64,000 bases of DNA, from positions 2,239,270 to 2,303,269 of the forward strand of contig SMSO01000007.1 of NCBI GenBank assembly GCA_004764695.1, written 5' to 3'. Under the pieces are notes generated by a model. That model was given only the letters and a program-made list of their open reading frames with translations, was not told the DNA's origin and ran no database searches. Position numbers and translations under genes: made by a program. Of this stretch, positions 1 through 14,415 are shown one piece after another. This DNA is from Schizochytrium sp. TIO01 (taxonomy: Eukaryota > Protista > Bigyra: Labyrinthulomycetes). How positions within the stretch are numbered: the first letter of the stretch is position 1; every line of letters starts with the position of its first letter.

Positions 1-825
1 AAGATCCACTTCTGCTCCAGTTTCGCCTCTGTTGTGTGTTAGAGTTACACCATTGGGTGTCTTCTGATTGTCTGCCTCCCGTTCTTGTTTCCTTTTCATC
101 TGTGTTTTCAGGTTTTCAACTTCTTCTTCACAGACTCTCATAAGCGTATAGACTGAATCAGGATTCTTACTTTTTACTTTTTACTTTTTACTTTTTACTT
201 TTAAAAGAACAAACGTTTGTTGTTTTATTTTTTATCTTAAACGTTTCCTCCCTGATAAGAAGATAAACAAAGTCCAGGATATGGAGGCGCCGGCTTCAAC
301 GCCTCGTTCTTGGCCTGCGCAGCCTCAGCGAGGCCATCTGCCTGCTTTATGGGCCTCCCCTCGCCGGTCCCGCCGCTTCTTTGTTGGCGCGAGTCGCCGC
401 CATTTCTCTCCTCGTTCTTCGTCGCTCTCCTCTCTTTTTCTTTCCTTCATCTGAGCTCCAATCTTCAAAAACCAACTACAGAAACTAAAGAAAGGAAAAG
501 AGACCGACTGACTGACCAAGTGAGAGAAAAGGAAGGAAGAAGGTAACAAAACATGCTATGCTTCGCGCCTCTTACTTATTAGGAGGAACAAACACATTGC
601 AAAAGCAAGTTTTCCTCTTCTTCGTTCATTAAAGGTAGACAAATAAATAAACCATAACACCTAATAATAACAAGACAGGAACAGAGAACATCGAGAGGAC
701 GGATTGTAGTATGATACGCTCTCTCTCTCTCTCTCTCTCTCTTTGAGGCGCGGCGCCGCTCAAAAAGGAGATCTCCGCGTTCCAAAGGCGCCCAAACTCA
801 GTTTTCACGCCGTTTGTTCAATTAC

Positions 826-864
<39 letters not shown>

Positions 865-3244
865 CTGTTCGGTAGCACTCTCGAGCGGCGGCAGATTGAA
901 CCAAAGCGGCGCCGACAAGTGTCTCCGGAGGAAGGCCAGGACGCACTTTGAGAAGCTAGCGCAGAAGCAGGCACAAGCTGGAGTGTCCTCGCGCTGTCTC
1001 GCCAACTAACGAACGGACGGTCCTTTCGTCCAAGTCGGCGCACTGTTCACTGGGCTCCGCAAAAGGTGCTTCGACGCATTTATTTATTATGTGTCAGTCA
1101 GTGTACGTATGTATGTATGTTTGTATGTATGTTTGTATGTATGTTTGTATGTATGTATGCGGTGTGCGGCGGGTTCTGGAGGAGTTCTAGGCGGGTTCTG
1201 CGGCGCCACGATCGAATGAAGGCTGGAGATAGATAGAGAGAGAAAGAGAGAGAAAGAGAGAAAGAGAGAAAGAGAGAGCGAAAGAAAGAGGGGACGCTCT
1301 CTCCAAGCACAAGTGGGGCCGTCTGTTCTCTGTTTCGATTCGGGCATTGAGGGATGGATGGATGGATGGATGGATGGATGGATGGATTGACTACTATCAT
1401 GGATTCTCCGCCGTAAAACCTGTTCTTCAGGAAACGCGTGGACCTGAAACAGTTGGAACAGACGCTCGAAAACGTCGTTACCTTTCTTTCCTCATCGCAT
1501 CTTTTAAATTAATGCCCATAACAAAGAGGCTTTCACTGTTCCTCTAATCTAACCAAACGAATTTTAGCGCCCCTTGCATTGCAGAGCCCGTCGAAACTAG
1601 GCTCTCTTCCTCTATTTTCATCTTGAAAACAAATCAACAACAGGAATTTATGACAGAAAGCTGTGCCTCTGCATTGCTCCACAGCAGTGCATCCACATAC
1701 ATACGCACATTCATTGATTGATAGATTCATTCTGATTGATTCATTGATTCATTGATTCATCCATTCATGTGTCCAAGATCTTCCCTCCTATCAGTCCGCC
1801 TAGGAGCCCTTAGGCCGTGCCTAGCAAGAGCGAAGACGCTCTGCTCTGCTCTGCTCTGCTCCGCTCCTCTCTCGCGAACGTGCTGCTCTGCGCAGGCTTT
1901 CGCTCTGCTCGAGCCGGCTCGCGAGGGCCTGGCCGCGAAGGCTCTGCACCCTTCAAGGCGTGATGCTATGCTGCAGGCGGGTGGAGACGGGTCGAGTGGA
2001 GGCGAGTCGAGTCGAGGCTTGGAGAAACGAGGGCGAGGTTTTGGGCCTGAGTGGGCTCTAATGGAGATAGGGACAGATTCAGAGGGATTGTTTGCTGGGT
2101 AAGGATTAGCAAGAAAGGGAGAAAGAGAGAAAGAGAGAAAGCAAGGAAGCAAGGAAGGAAGCACGGATAAGAGGTCAGTCAAGCGCGGTTTGCCTTGGTT
2201 TATGCAGTTGGCGCTTGGCTTTGTTTGGTGAACCATAGCAGTCGTGTGACTGTGATTGGGTTTATTTGCTTGCTGATTTTGAAGAAGTTGGGTTTTGATG
2301 ATGTGGAGGCTTTTCACACTTGATACATTTAATACTGTTTTTACTGCATTTAATGCATTTAATCCATTAATACATTTTATTAAAATGAAATTGAGTGATA
2401 AAATAAGATAGAAGAAAATTAGTAGAGAGGAAAAAGTAAACGTTTCGAAATGAACACCCCAGGGCACGCAGGCTTTTGAAGCGCTCTTTTTTTCTTTTTT
2501 CTTTTTCTTTTTCTCCTGCTAGGAGATGTTAGGAATAAGGTAGTTGTTAGGAGGTGTTGTAGCTGCCTCACAAACAAACACTTGCTGTCTTTTGTTTATC
2601 TATCTTTCGTTCGTTCTTTCTTTGGCACTTTAACGTCTGTTTGGTTGTTTCTGCGACGACGATCAGAATTTCCTTTCCAATTTATTTTAAAACTTTGTTT
2701 GCTTTCTTCGAGAAGAAACACATCACAATGATTGATTCTCGAAATAGACGCTTAAGTCTCTTGCATTCCTGTTGCGCAGTGAGTCTTGGCCAACCAAGGT
2801 GCCTAGTCCTTTCCACACGAAACAAATAGAAAACAGCTTTTCATTCAATCATTCATTCATTCATTCATTCATTCATCATTTATTCAAAATAATTAAAAAT
2901 AATAACTCTACGTACTAGCTTTGAAGGTCCCAGGTACCAACACTGTCGAAGCGGAGTGTGAGCGCGGTGAGACGGACCGCTGCGGAGATTGGAGCGCGGT
3001 GTACGGCGGGTCTGGGCTGCCGGTGCTTGGGCGAGCGGGCCGGTCAGTGAGAACGCCGGAAGCTTCTGCTCGGCTGCCGTATCCTGAGCCCTTATCTTCT
3101 CTGCAGCTTCAAGGCTCCGTCCTGTGCGCAACAACGGCCTCTCGAGAGCTGCCGGTTTTGCTTTTATTTAGCCTTTCATTCTTTTCATTCAATCTTTTCA
3201 TTCTTTTATTTGCTTTAGCCCTTTCTTTTTCTTGCTCAGTACCT

Positions 3245-3276
<32 letters not shown>

Positions 3277-3645
3277 TCCTTTCTTTCTTAGAGCTCTCTT
3301 TCTTCGTGCCTTGGCTTTAGGGCTTGTGTCGAAGGCTTCAAATGAGAACTAAAGAAGAAAGATTTGAAAGATTTGGACGGTTGAGTTAGGAGAAGCGGAA
3401 TTTCAATCTTTCCTGCGCAAGGGAAGAAGAAGAAGATTCACTCTTTCGTTTCTTTTCTTTTTCTTTTTACGTCTGCAGGAGATGCAAAATAAAAAACTAT
3501 CGATTGTGATGCAGCTTTTGCCTCGAGATTTTGCATCTGCAGGGCTATACTTTCATCGCAGTCAGCCTCGTTCGTTGCAAACGCATCGCCCATTCATCCA
3601 ACTTGAACGGAGGCGAACGTTCGTGGGTGTGTGCAAGAGAGTGTC

Positions 3646-3947
3646 TGTTTGTTTGTTTGTTTATTTGTTTGTTTATTTGTTTGTTTGTTTGTTTGTTTGT
3701 TTGTTTGTTTGTTTGTTTGTTTGTTTGTTTGTTTGTTTGTTTGTTTGTTTGTTTGTTTGTTTGTTTGTTTGTTTGTTTGTTTGTTTGTTTGTTTGTTTGT
3801 TTGTTTGTTTGTTTGTTTGTTTGTTTGTTTGTTTGTTTGTTTGTTTGTTTGTTTGTTTGTTTGTTTGTTTGTTTGTTTGTTTGTTTGTTTGTTTGTTTGT
3901 TTGTTTGTTTGTTTGTTTGTTTGTTTGTTTGTTTGTTTGTTTGTTTG
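3646..3947. repeat. (GTTT)n microsatellite, ~300 bp
   Basis: Near-perfect GTTT array with two ATTT variants near the start. Confidence 0.98.
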
Positions 3948-5733
3948 CCTGTTTTGTTTTATTTTGCAGTTGGGTAGCAAGTGTATATATAACGCTGAGG
4001 AGAGGAGAGCTGCGCGTGCCGTCTGCAACTAAGTAAGGGAAAAGGAAGGAAGCACACGAGGTAGTAGGTAGGTACCTCCCTTTTAATTTTATTTTTTAAA
4101 ATTTTAATAAATAATTAAATGAATAAATAAATAAGCCTGGAGGTCTCTGGTAGACTATCCCTAAACAGCAGCTAGTTAGATACCTAGGGGCAGGATCTTG
4201 TTGAAGAAAGGTAGAAAGAGACGGAGACTGCTTTGGAACTAACTTAAGCTAAACGCTTTTGTTTGTAAGTCATTTCTCCTGACTACGAAGGCGGCTCCGA
4301 TGTCCGCGTGGGCCGCTGCTCAAAGGCGCATACAGGGAGTTTCAAGAGCGTCTGTGTCGCTGCTTTGCGTTTAGTAGACCTCGAGACTCTGCTCTCGTTG
4401 GTTGGTCATATCTTTGACGGACCTCGTTTGCAGACTTGAGGAATGGTGTGAAGAAACAGGAAAGGGAAGATCAATTGCTGATGACAAAGAAACAAGCTCG
4501 CGCAGGAATTGAGGAATGAAATGAATGAGGTGTAGTTTGATTTCTTTAGTGCAGCCAAAGACGTTTTGAGCTTTGACACGGCATGCTCGAAGCTTTTATA
4601 AATAACAAGGCCCTCGTTCAGCTTGCAGGAGCGACAGACCGAGCATGTGCAAGGCTGCAAATTGCTATTTACTCTTTTAGGTTGAAGTTTTTGGATTGAC
4701 TTTGGCAATCTCCAGCCAAGGTGTGCTATTTTGCACTCTGGAAAACGAACTCAGATCCTTAATATCTTCGAGCTGATGGTGAAGAAGATGGCTTCCAGGC
4801 TCGGCAGTTCAACGAGGTCTTCACTACTCCGCCATTCGGCGCTTACCGCTTCTTCTCTCGTCATCCCGCTCGTGCACACACGCACACGCGCACACCCCTT
4901 GGCTCTCGATTCGTCTCCCGGCGTTCCATTTCTGTAAGCCCGCGCGTGCCGCACAAGATCTCTACCACCTCGAGGACTTCTACGTCCATCCGAAACCAAA
5001 AGAAAGCAAACCAAGCTTCATCATGGTGGCGTTAAGTCACGAGTCCACCACACGCTGCTTCGTATGCTCCGTCGTGAGGCCGTGCGTGCGTGCGTGCCTT
5101 TCCTCCGGTACGCAACGAGCCGAGCCGAGCTGAGCTGAGCTCGCTCGCTCGGTAGGTGTCGCAGCTCACGGGCTGCGCTCATGAGATGAGATCACGAGCG
5201 AGCGAGACTCTTCTCCGCACCGAGCGCCCGGCTGACTGGCAGCGCGCGCACTTGGCACTTCGATTCAGGCTGGCCACACCAGCGCGGCTTCCGGGGAGCT
5301 CCGAGCTGCGCGAGGGCAGCGCACTTGGCACGTATATATCTCTCGAGCACACTGAGCTGAGAGAGATCCTCCATCCTCCCAAAGCACAGCCTTCGCACTG
5401 CTTTGGTTCCATTTCCTGCGGAGAGAGAGACAGATCAATGTGTCATATGCACACATACACACTCACACACACTCATCAACACACTCCCCGCACATGCATA
5501 CATACTTCACACAACGGCTTCCGGAGCGCTACAGTTTCAGCTAGGAGGGGGCGGGGGTGCGCTAGTCTCGCCAGCGAGGAGAGGTTTCTCCAACGTCGAA
5601 AGTGGAGGAGGGCCCGCTGATCATGTGCGGCACTTTTCTCGCTGCGCTGAGACGACACGCACGCAGTCCTTTCGATGGCATGCGGGTTCTTCACCTGCTT
5701 TCGCTTCTGCTCGTCAGGGAACCTCGCTTGCGC

Positions 5734-5777
<44 letters not shown>

Positions 5778-7159
5778 GCAGTGCTGGGGTCCCGTGAACT
5801 GAGGGTGCGAGCTCTCGTACGCAGGCGAGCGAGCTTGCCGCTCCTCTCGAGGCTATCAGAGATGGATGCATGGATTACAGGCGCAAGATAGATGATACAT
5901 TGATAGATAGATACGTGCTAGTTCGTATGGGGATTTATTCGCTCAAAGCTCCTCGAGAGATGCCGAATAGCGTCACAGGTTGAAGACGGCATGCAGTGTT
6001 CAATGTCCCACTAGCATTGTCATCTTATGGAGACAGTTCACTTCTGCATTCGTGTTGACCTCTCCGCTTAGATTGTTCGCATCCACAGACTGCCTGACTG
6101 AATGAATGAATGACTGACTGAATGAATGAATGAATGAATGAATGACTGACTGCCTGCCGTTGGAAATCGTATGACAAGACATGGCATGAGATGACGTGAT
6201 AAAATATGCGACTGGTGCGGTTTAGAATGATTCATGGGACCTGATGCTTCTGCTGCTGCTGCTCTTGTGCCCTCCTTCTTTCAGGTTCCCGTCGTGGTAC
6301 GTGTTCTTCTTCTTTCCTGCGCTTGCTTTCACTTCTCTTCTTTGCGCCTCTTCCCTTTTCTTCCCTCTCAGCGCCAGTTTCCAAGACTGTCCTACTTTCC
6401 CTTTTCGTGGTTTCATTCGAATCTAAAAGCAGAACAATGGAATTTTTTGCTTAGTTACTTACTTTAAAACTCACATTCTCTTCTCTCTGTGAACCTCACT
6501 ACGCAATCCATTGACATCCATCCATCCATCCATCCATCCATCCATGGGTGCCCCAATCCAAGGTTCGAGGCTGCCCCGTTCATTTACCTCCTCGCGCGGA
6601 CCTCCTCGAGCACCATGTTCTCTGCGTATTCCATGGTCGAGTGGTGCTTTTCTTGTGTTGGAGCGTAACTCTACTCTAGTCTAAACAAGCAGAGATTGCA
6701 AAGCATACGCTTTAGGTGAGTGATCCTGAAAGGATCCAGAGAAAAGAGAGATTTGCAGCGCTGGGCGGGCAGAGTTTTTTTGTTTTTTTTGTTCTTCGCC
6801 ATCCGTTATTGCGGCTTTAGAGGTGCGAGATACGCGGCGGCGAGAGAGTCCAAGTCGAGCTGCGAGCACTAATGAACCAACCAACCACCCACTACGTACC
6901 TAGTGCTACTTACTTTTCGAAATGACGATGATTCCCATTTTCTGAATGAAATAGCTTATATTAAAAATCAACTCGCCCTCTTCTTTTGAGGTGTTTTTAT
7001 AAATATTATTTAATATTGTATTAAAAGCAATTAAAGCAATTAAAGCACCAAAAGCTATGAAAAACTCTACAGCGCCAGGAGAAAAAGAAGAAGAAGAAGA
7101 AGAAGAAGAAGAAGAAGAGGAGAAACAAACATCGTTTTAAAGAATAGCCGGCTATCCCT

Positions 7160-7194
<35 letters not shown>

Positions 7195-7491
7195 ATGAAT
7201 GAAAGAAAAGTTTTCTGCCTGGAGATGTGAACTAGTTCTCACTCGTGGCGGGCCCGCTCCGAGTTTGGGAAGAAAGAAGGTGGGCGGGCCGCCTCGCCGC
7301 CCATTCCTGCGCTAGCTAGCACATACATTCATGCATACATACATCCATACCAACGGCGCCGTCTTTCATTCTTGGCGATGGCGCGAGCGCGATTTCTCTC
7401 AAGATTCCTTACTCTCGCAGCCGAGACAACAAACAAAAGAGTAAAAGAAGAATGCTTAGTTGAGAAAAAGAAATGAATCAACGAATTAATA

Positions 7492-7563
7492 AATGAATGA
7501 ATGAATGAATGAATGAATGAATGAATGAATGAATGAATGAATGAATGAATGAATGAATGAATG
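7492..7563. repeat. (AATG)n microsatellite
   Basis: Perfect tetranucleotide array. Confidence 0.95.
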
Positions 7564-10500
7564 GATACCTCACCTTGCTCTACTAGCAGGTAGCTAGCTA
7601 GCTAGCTCTGGCGATCTATCACCAGCCAGCCAGCTCTGCTTTTGGCATTTTCCTCAACATAAAACATTGAATCGGAAGCCTTAAAACTGCTCTGTTCTGT
7701 TTATCTGTTTATCTGTTTGTCTGTTTGTCTGTTTGTCTGTTTGTCTGTTTGTCTGTTTGTTTATTCATTTATTCTTCACTCATTTGTTTCAAGTTGTAAG
7801 TTGTTTGTTGGTTTGTTTGTTGTTTGGTTGGTTGTCTGTTTATTCACTTAGATAGTGGCAGACACAGACAGAGACGGAGAGAGGGAGAGAGAACGACTAT
7901 CGTCAGAAGAGAGAGCCTTCTTCCTTAGAGGTTTTCTCTCATTCGCGCCATCGCGAGGAACTCACTTGACTGACTGACTGACTGACTGACTGACTGACTG
8001 ACTGCCTGATTCACTAGCTAACTAGCTAACTAACTAACCAGTTAGTTAGTGGCTGGAAAGAAAGAAAGGAAAGAAAGAAAGAAAGAAAGAGCACAAGGAA
8101 GCGAAGCAGAGCAACGCAGAAGCCGCCTCATCTCGCCCTGCGCAGTCTGCGGCGCCTACAGACGGAGACACAGACACCGACTCTGAGAGGGAGAGGCCGT
8201 GTCGTCTGGCTGAGGAGCACTCCGCCTTGGACCTGATCTGATCTCTGATCTGATCTCATCCCACCTGATGTGATGCGATGTGATCCAATGCCGCATCGTT
8301 GGGTCTGATCGAAAGACATAGCTACGCGAAAGAGAGAGGAGGTCGATGGAGCGGTGCTTTTCAAAAGTAGGAAAGCACGCACATTTCTTATGGAGAAAGC
8401 TCCTTTCTTTTGAAGAAACTCGCTTGTTTAGCGCAACTGACTGAGCGGAGCCTTCCTTTCGCCCAAGTACCCAGAAGCAGTTAGTTGGTAGGAGCCGTAT
8501 AGAGCAGCTAGTCCCTTGCGGAAGAAGAGCAGAGGGCGCAGGCTGAGCTTCCCAAAAGTCCGCGCGGCTTCGATGGTTTTCTTTCTTTTGATGCCCTCTT
8601 CCTGGTCAGCATTCTGCTCTTGAAAAGAAGAAGGGGAAAATATGAAGAGGGCATTTTGGCGAAATAAACGCAAATGAGCTCGAGAAGAAGAAGAAGGAGA
8701 AGAAGGAGAAGAAGAAAGAGAGAGTTTTAAAACGAAAATCTGACCTTCTTCTCATACATACCTTATGAAGGAGGAGAAGAAGAAAACCAAGCTGATAAAA
8801 CCATACAAACAGCAAGCATCGAGCAGCCATCCCTGAAGATAGACGGGATTGCCTTTGGTCTCACTGACTGACTGACTGACTGACTGACTGACTGACTGAC
8901 TGACTGACTGACTGGGTGGCTCTTTGCTGCGTTCCTTATCGGCCCAGTTCTCCTCGGGCGCAGCGCTATTCTGATTTCCTCGCTTCAACGGTGGCGCTTG
9001 AGCCCCGAAACTTGAAACTTTGTTAGTCCACAGACAGCCATTTCAAAACAATTATATACACGTATCCTCATTTATGTTTACTTAAAAAAAAATCTCTATT
9101 TATTAGCTCTTGATTAATGGTTGTTTTTGAAATAAACAATGAATAACATTTCCAGTTTTATTAGCAGAGAAACTAACTTTTAAAAGAAACAGATACTGCA
9201 AAAGAGAGACATAAGATGGGACTGCCATGAAAAGAAAGGAAAACATCATAAGCAAATACAAAGGGGGGGAAGGACCTGCTTCCTGCTAGAGCGGGCATCT
9301 CCGCAGATGCGGCGCGAGGCGAGGACAGGGGATAAGAGGAAGAAGAAAACAAAAACAAAAACAAAAAGAAAAAGAAAAAGAAAAAAGAAAAAAGAAAAAA
9401 GAAAAAAGAAAAAAGAAAAAAGAAAGGAAACAAAAAAGGAAAGAAGAGGGGACACCGCCCCGGCTTCTCTCTGTTTCTCTCAAGAATCGAGGATGTCACG
9501 CCCCGAGGCTCTTGATTATTTGCTCTTCATACTTCATGCTAGCAAGCTCATGCGTGGCTGCTGCGGCAGGCTGGCTGGCTTTTACTTGCTGCTTCGCCTG
9601 CTCGAGTCGGGAACAGAACAGGACTTACCGAGGAGGAGGAGGAGGAGGAGAAGAAGAAGAGTTGGAGAAAAAGGGAACGAGACGCGTCCTCTTCGACTGT
9701 TGTGAACCAAATTTCAAAACGCGACCATTCTCTTAGTATCGTGGGTTGAACTAAACTACTCACTGGACTCGTCAATGAATCATTCGCTTGGAGAGCTTTT
9801 ATTTCATTCAATTTATTGTTCTATTAAAAAAGAAGAAGAAGAAGAAGGAAAAAAAAAAAAGAACTCTCTGCCGCTGCGGAGAGTTTCTGCGACCCAATCA
9901 AATCAATATCGTGTTATCATTTCAAAAAATATATATATATATTTTTTAAACATTTTTCACTCGAAAGGTAGGGATGAATTAGAAGTTTTGTTTAATTAAT
10001 ATGGAAATTGGGTCCCTCAAGCACGGGCTGTACATCTGTCCGCGTCTTCATTCCTGCATTCATTCATTCGTTCATCCATTCATTTATTTATTTGTTTATT
10101 TCCATTCCCAAATTCGTTCATCGCGCCATTTCGATCGCAGCTTCTTTGTTGTTGTTGAATTCCAGGGACCCCTTCATGTAACAAAGTAGACTCGGAGGGT
10201 AAGTAAACTCAGCGGGCATTTTCCAGGTGAGAACTGGACCCATGAACAGGAGGGACGATCATAATAGATGGTATTACACTGAGCGCAGGCATATGTGTAA
10301 GCAGGAGTGAATAAACTACTCAATTATAAATTGAAAATAAAAGAACGAAATATTTAATTAAAAAAAAAAAAAAAAAAAAAAATATTGGCCACTGGTGAGA
10401 GCTTAAAAAGAAGAAAGAGAGACTTTCCAAGCGCTCTTCTTGAGGATTTCCCATATTTTATTTTTAAATAGCAACCAAAGAGTACATGAAAACATTGGTG

Positions 10501-13500
10501 AGCTGGCTGACTTTTCTTATACTTTGTTAATCACTTAGGAGTAGAAAGCAAGAAAGAAAACTTTTGAATTATAAAAAATAATATATAAAATAAAAAGCTT
10601 ACAAAGGCTGTGATGGAAGGTAGTGGTGTTGTGAACCAGATAAAGCTTGGAGCAAACAATGAGAGGTTTCGGCTTTCCAAGAGTTGCTATCTCGCCTCCA
10701 GGGCTCATCGTCACTCGGCACGCGGCACCTGCCTACTACTTGTACTACTTCCCATCGCCACCTCTTATTTGTTTGTGCACCTGCAAATTCTTGCATTTGG
10801 GTGCATGGCGTTTGCTTGGGTGCATTGCATTTGCATTTGCTGGGTGATTCGCACAATCTAACGAGTTCTGGCAGCCAATGAAGGTCGATCTTTGGTAGAT
10901 GGACTCGCGTCAGCATCATTTTGCTTTCTGTGAAGAGGACCAAGAAGTTGCTTTTTTAGGATTGTTAAAATCTGGAGTCCTGTCTTCTTGCACTATTCGG
11001 CAATCAGAGTCACCAGAACATTGGGAGGGTGAATGAATAGGTTGGTGAATAAATAAAATGCGACACCCCTGTTTCAACGTTAAATTAGATGCTTTGGTCC
11101 TAGTAGGAACCAAATATCCTGAAGCGTCTTGATCGTCGCCTGATCATAGAAAGGTTCATTTAAAAATGAAGGTTGTAATTGACGCATCAGACTCTGGGCG
11201 AAATGCCGGCGTTGGCAAGGGCCTGGACTCATCACTCAACATTCCTCGAAAAACTGTACCTACCAAGTGTACCAAAACTGGGACCATCATTCACTCCCTC
11301 GCTCTCTGCTCAGAGCCAACTCCTTTAAATCATTTAGCTGGGATAAGCTCAAGACAATACAAACCAATCACTCCGTGAATAAAGCACCACTGATATTTGT
11401 GCTCCGTGAATAAATCACCACTAATAATTGTGTGCAATGAGGCTCGAGATTTGTGATTGCTACGAGACACCTGCGTTTTGCAGTTCACATTTTAAGCAAG
11501 GTTGGGAAAGCCGCAGCCGAACAAGATCATCTGTATGTTAAGCTGAAGTAGTTACAAAAAAAATAAAAATCTGAAGACAATGTACTCGAAGAATCTATCG
11601 TCTTTTGAGCGACCAGATTGGCTTACTCGGAGAAGTTTGGAAGATACGAGAAGCACATGTTGCGAGCTTTTGATAAAATGTATCCCGCTTTCATGCTTTT
11701 CTAGGGCCTGATTATCAGCGAGAGATTCGTCGGTCATGAAAATAGAGTTACAATGAGACGAACGATAGTGCCTTGGTTCCCAAATTCCTCCAGAAGACCT
11801 AGTCTAGGTTGTCTTCGCAGAGCTGCGCCATCTCGGTCTTGGCCGTTCCCGACTTGAATGAAAGCTGCAGCACGGGCTCGTTCGCAGAGAGGCCTCAGGA
11901 GTCCAAACCAGACTGACTTGTGTGCTCTTCTTGCATCGGAACAACCGTTTCAGACTTGTTCTAAAGTGGTCCTGCCAACCTCCCAAACTGGGCCTTCTAT
12001 ACATTCATCCTACGATCTGTCCAAAGTGTCGCGAACTTCTCAGCTTGATCAGTCGACTTCTCAAGCTGTAGCTAGAACAAAAGGCTTTCAAGTTCTCATT
12101 AGTCAGCGAGTGCGTTAACTAATTACTTGCTTTAGAACTTATTTTCTTCACGACTTTCCAAACCCCGAAACATAAAGATGAGGTGAGAGTGTGCTTCGTG
12201 TGGATCCAAAGGTTCCAAGAGAGCGTCACCTCACCTGCCAACCCAAGCAAGACCTGTCCGAGAGCTTCGTCTTCTCGCTTTCGATCTTCTGATATGAGGC
12301 CGCCTCGCCACTTGGGCAAGGCAAGCTCTAAGGGACAGGTCGCTGCTCAGGAGGATGCCGATTATATATATATATACATATTGAAGAGCCCACTGCGAGG
12401 CCTGGGCTGAAGAGAGAGCGGCCCTCCCTCCTTCCACTTCCTTCCCTCCTTCCTTCCTGGCTAACAGTGTTCGAACCTCCACTGTATATTAATTAGTTCG
12501 GTTGGAAGCCATTCGTCATCCATCCGTGGTTCTTGCGGTGTGTTTTTATTTATGAAGCGAAGCGATGCGTCTGAGGCAGCCATTGGCTCCATGGGCACCA
12601 TGGCTGTTGTTTCCTGCGCTGAGGCGGCAGCGGCGAATTTTGAGATCGATGTTGCCTCACCGACTGCTATGGATGGTGGAGAGAACTCTGCGATGGGCGA
12701 GCGAGTGGGCATCTTCTGTAGTTATGCTTCCTGTTGTTTTCTTCACGTTGCGCAAGTTCTCACGCGAGGTGGTAGCTGCTGCTTTCCTATGGATGGAGAT
12801 GAATGAAAGTGCTTCGTACTTGGTTGCGGTCGGCACAGGAAGCGAGCCAAGAAAGCAGAGACACTGTGACTCAACACTGATCCACCCATCCATCGTTCCG
12901 TGAAGCAGGCACTCCCTACGATGAGGCCTCATTTCTTTCCGAGCAGAGAGGAGAAAGCACGTAGCTCTTGCTGATTGTGCATTCAGTGCATTCAATCCAT
13001 AGTGCGTTTCGTGTGGTGCGCGAAGGGTGACAACGAGGAGCTTTGGGGATGGACATTCAACACTCTCCCGCACTGTCTGTCTGTCTGTCTGAATGAATGA
13101 ATGAATGAATGAATGAATGAATGAATGAATGAATGAGTGAATGATTGATTGATTGATCGAAAGAATGTTAAAGTAGAACCAACAAAACACCGAAGTGAGC
13201 AACTAATAATTAGTGAAGAAATAAGTGCAGCGAAGGATGTTCGAAGAATCAATGAGCAGCAGGCAAATGAATATAGAAATACCATGAGGGTGCATGGCTG
13301 ACACTGACCGGAGAGACACTTACAAGAATGAGCGAGACACACTCGACTCGACACCGCAAACACCCTCGGCTGCACAAGCAGCCTTTAATCGACAGGTGCG
13401 ATGCTAATGATATTTCTCAGAGATTCCGCCCTGGTACACACGTTATAAGTGCTAAGCCGAGGTTGACAAAGGTCATCACTTCAATCATTCTCGCTGTGCA

Positions 13501-13798
13501 AACCCAGCCCAGTGATTGGGCTGCTCATCTCGTACGAGCCTCGGAGCATAGCGCATGTTGAGTTCATCGTCCATCAAAGTCAGAGCCGCGACCTTCTCTC
13601 GCTTGCTCGCTAGCTAGCTAGCTAGCTAGTTAGTTCATTCATTGATTCACCCATAGGCTCGGCATTCGTGGCTGTGGCTGCTGGCTGCTAACCTCTATAG
13701 AGTTGTATGATATTGTTTGAAGTTGAATCTGCTTACTTTCTTCAAGCGTTTTAGTTTCGTCAGTCATTTGAAGAGAAGCAGGAGAGCAACACGAGCAC

Positions 13799-13850
13799 GA
13801 AGAAGAAGAAGAAGAAGAAGAAGAAGAAGAAGAAGAAGAAGAAGAAGAAG
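13799..13850. repeat. (GAA)n microsatellite
   Basis: Perfect trinucleotide array. Confidence 0.95.
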
Positions 13851-14375
13851 GACACGCAGTGGAAAGCAATCGTTCTCCTTCGCACTTTGCCTGCCACTTT
13901 AGACCAACGATGAAGTGCTTTCTTACAGCCCCACTCTTCGTTTGTGGGTCCGCTCGCACCCCATTGTCACTCTCTCTCCCTTTACATTTACAAAACAAAG
14001 GCTAAACACAAACAAAGAAACGAAGAAATTGAATGAATACACAATGAATGAATGATTGGATGTGTGTAACATGCATAAACTCTTCCTTCTGCGTAGCAAG
14101 CAGTAGGTAGGTGCTACGGAGTAAGCGCCTCGCTTCATCCTAATTGGCTGTCGTGCAGAATCGCTCCTCGAGGTCGCTCTGATGGGCCAAAGCAACCAAC
14201 AGAGAGGAGGATGACTCACTCACTGGACACTGCAAAAGGCGCAGGCAGAGGCTTGCCAGATGAGGGCAGCGAGGCCTGAAGCTGCTGCTCCAAGCTTGCT
14301 CGCTTGCTTGCTTGAGAAAGAATGAATGAAAAAAAGAAAGAATGAAAAAAAAGAAAGAATGAAAGAATGAAAAAA

Positions 14376-14415
<40 letters not shown>

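Noticed and set aside
1757-2467. 236-aa minus-strand ORF
   Set aside because: Non-ATG start, crosses AT-rich and SSR segments, and has no recognisable motif.
3482-4036. ORFs of 133-184 aa on both strands
   Set aside because: They are translations of the (GTTT)n array (LFVC/TNKQ repeats) and are open only because the repeat has no stop codons.
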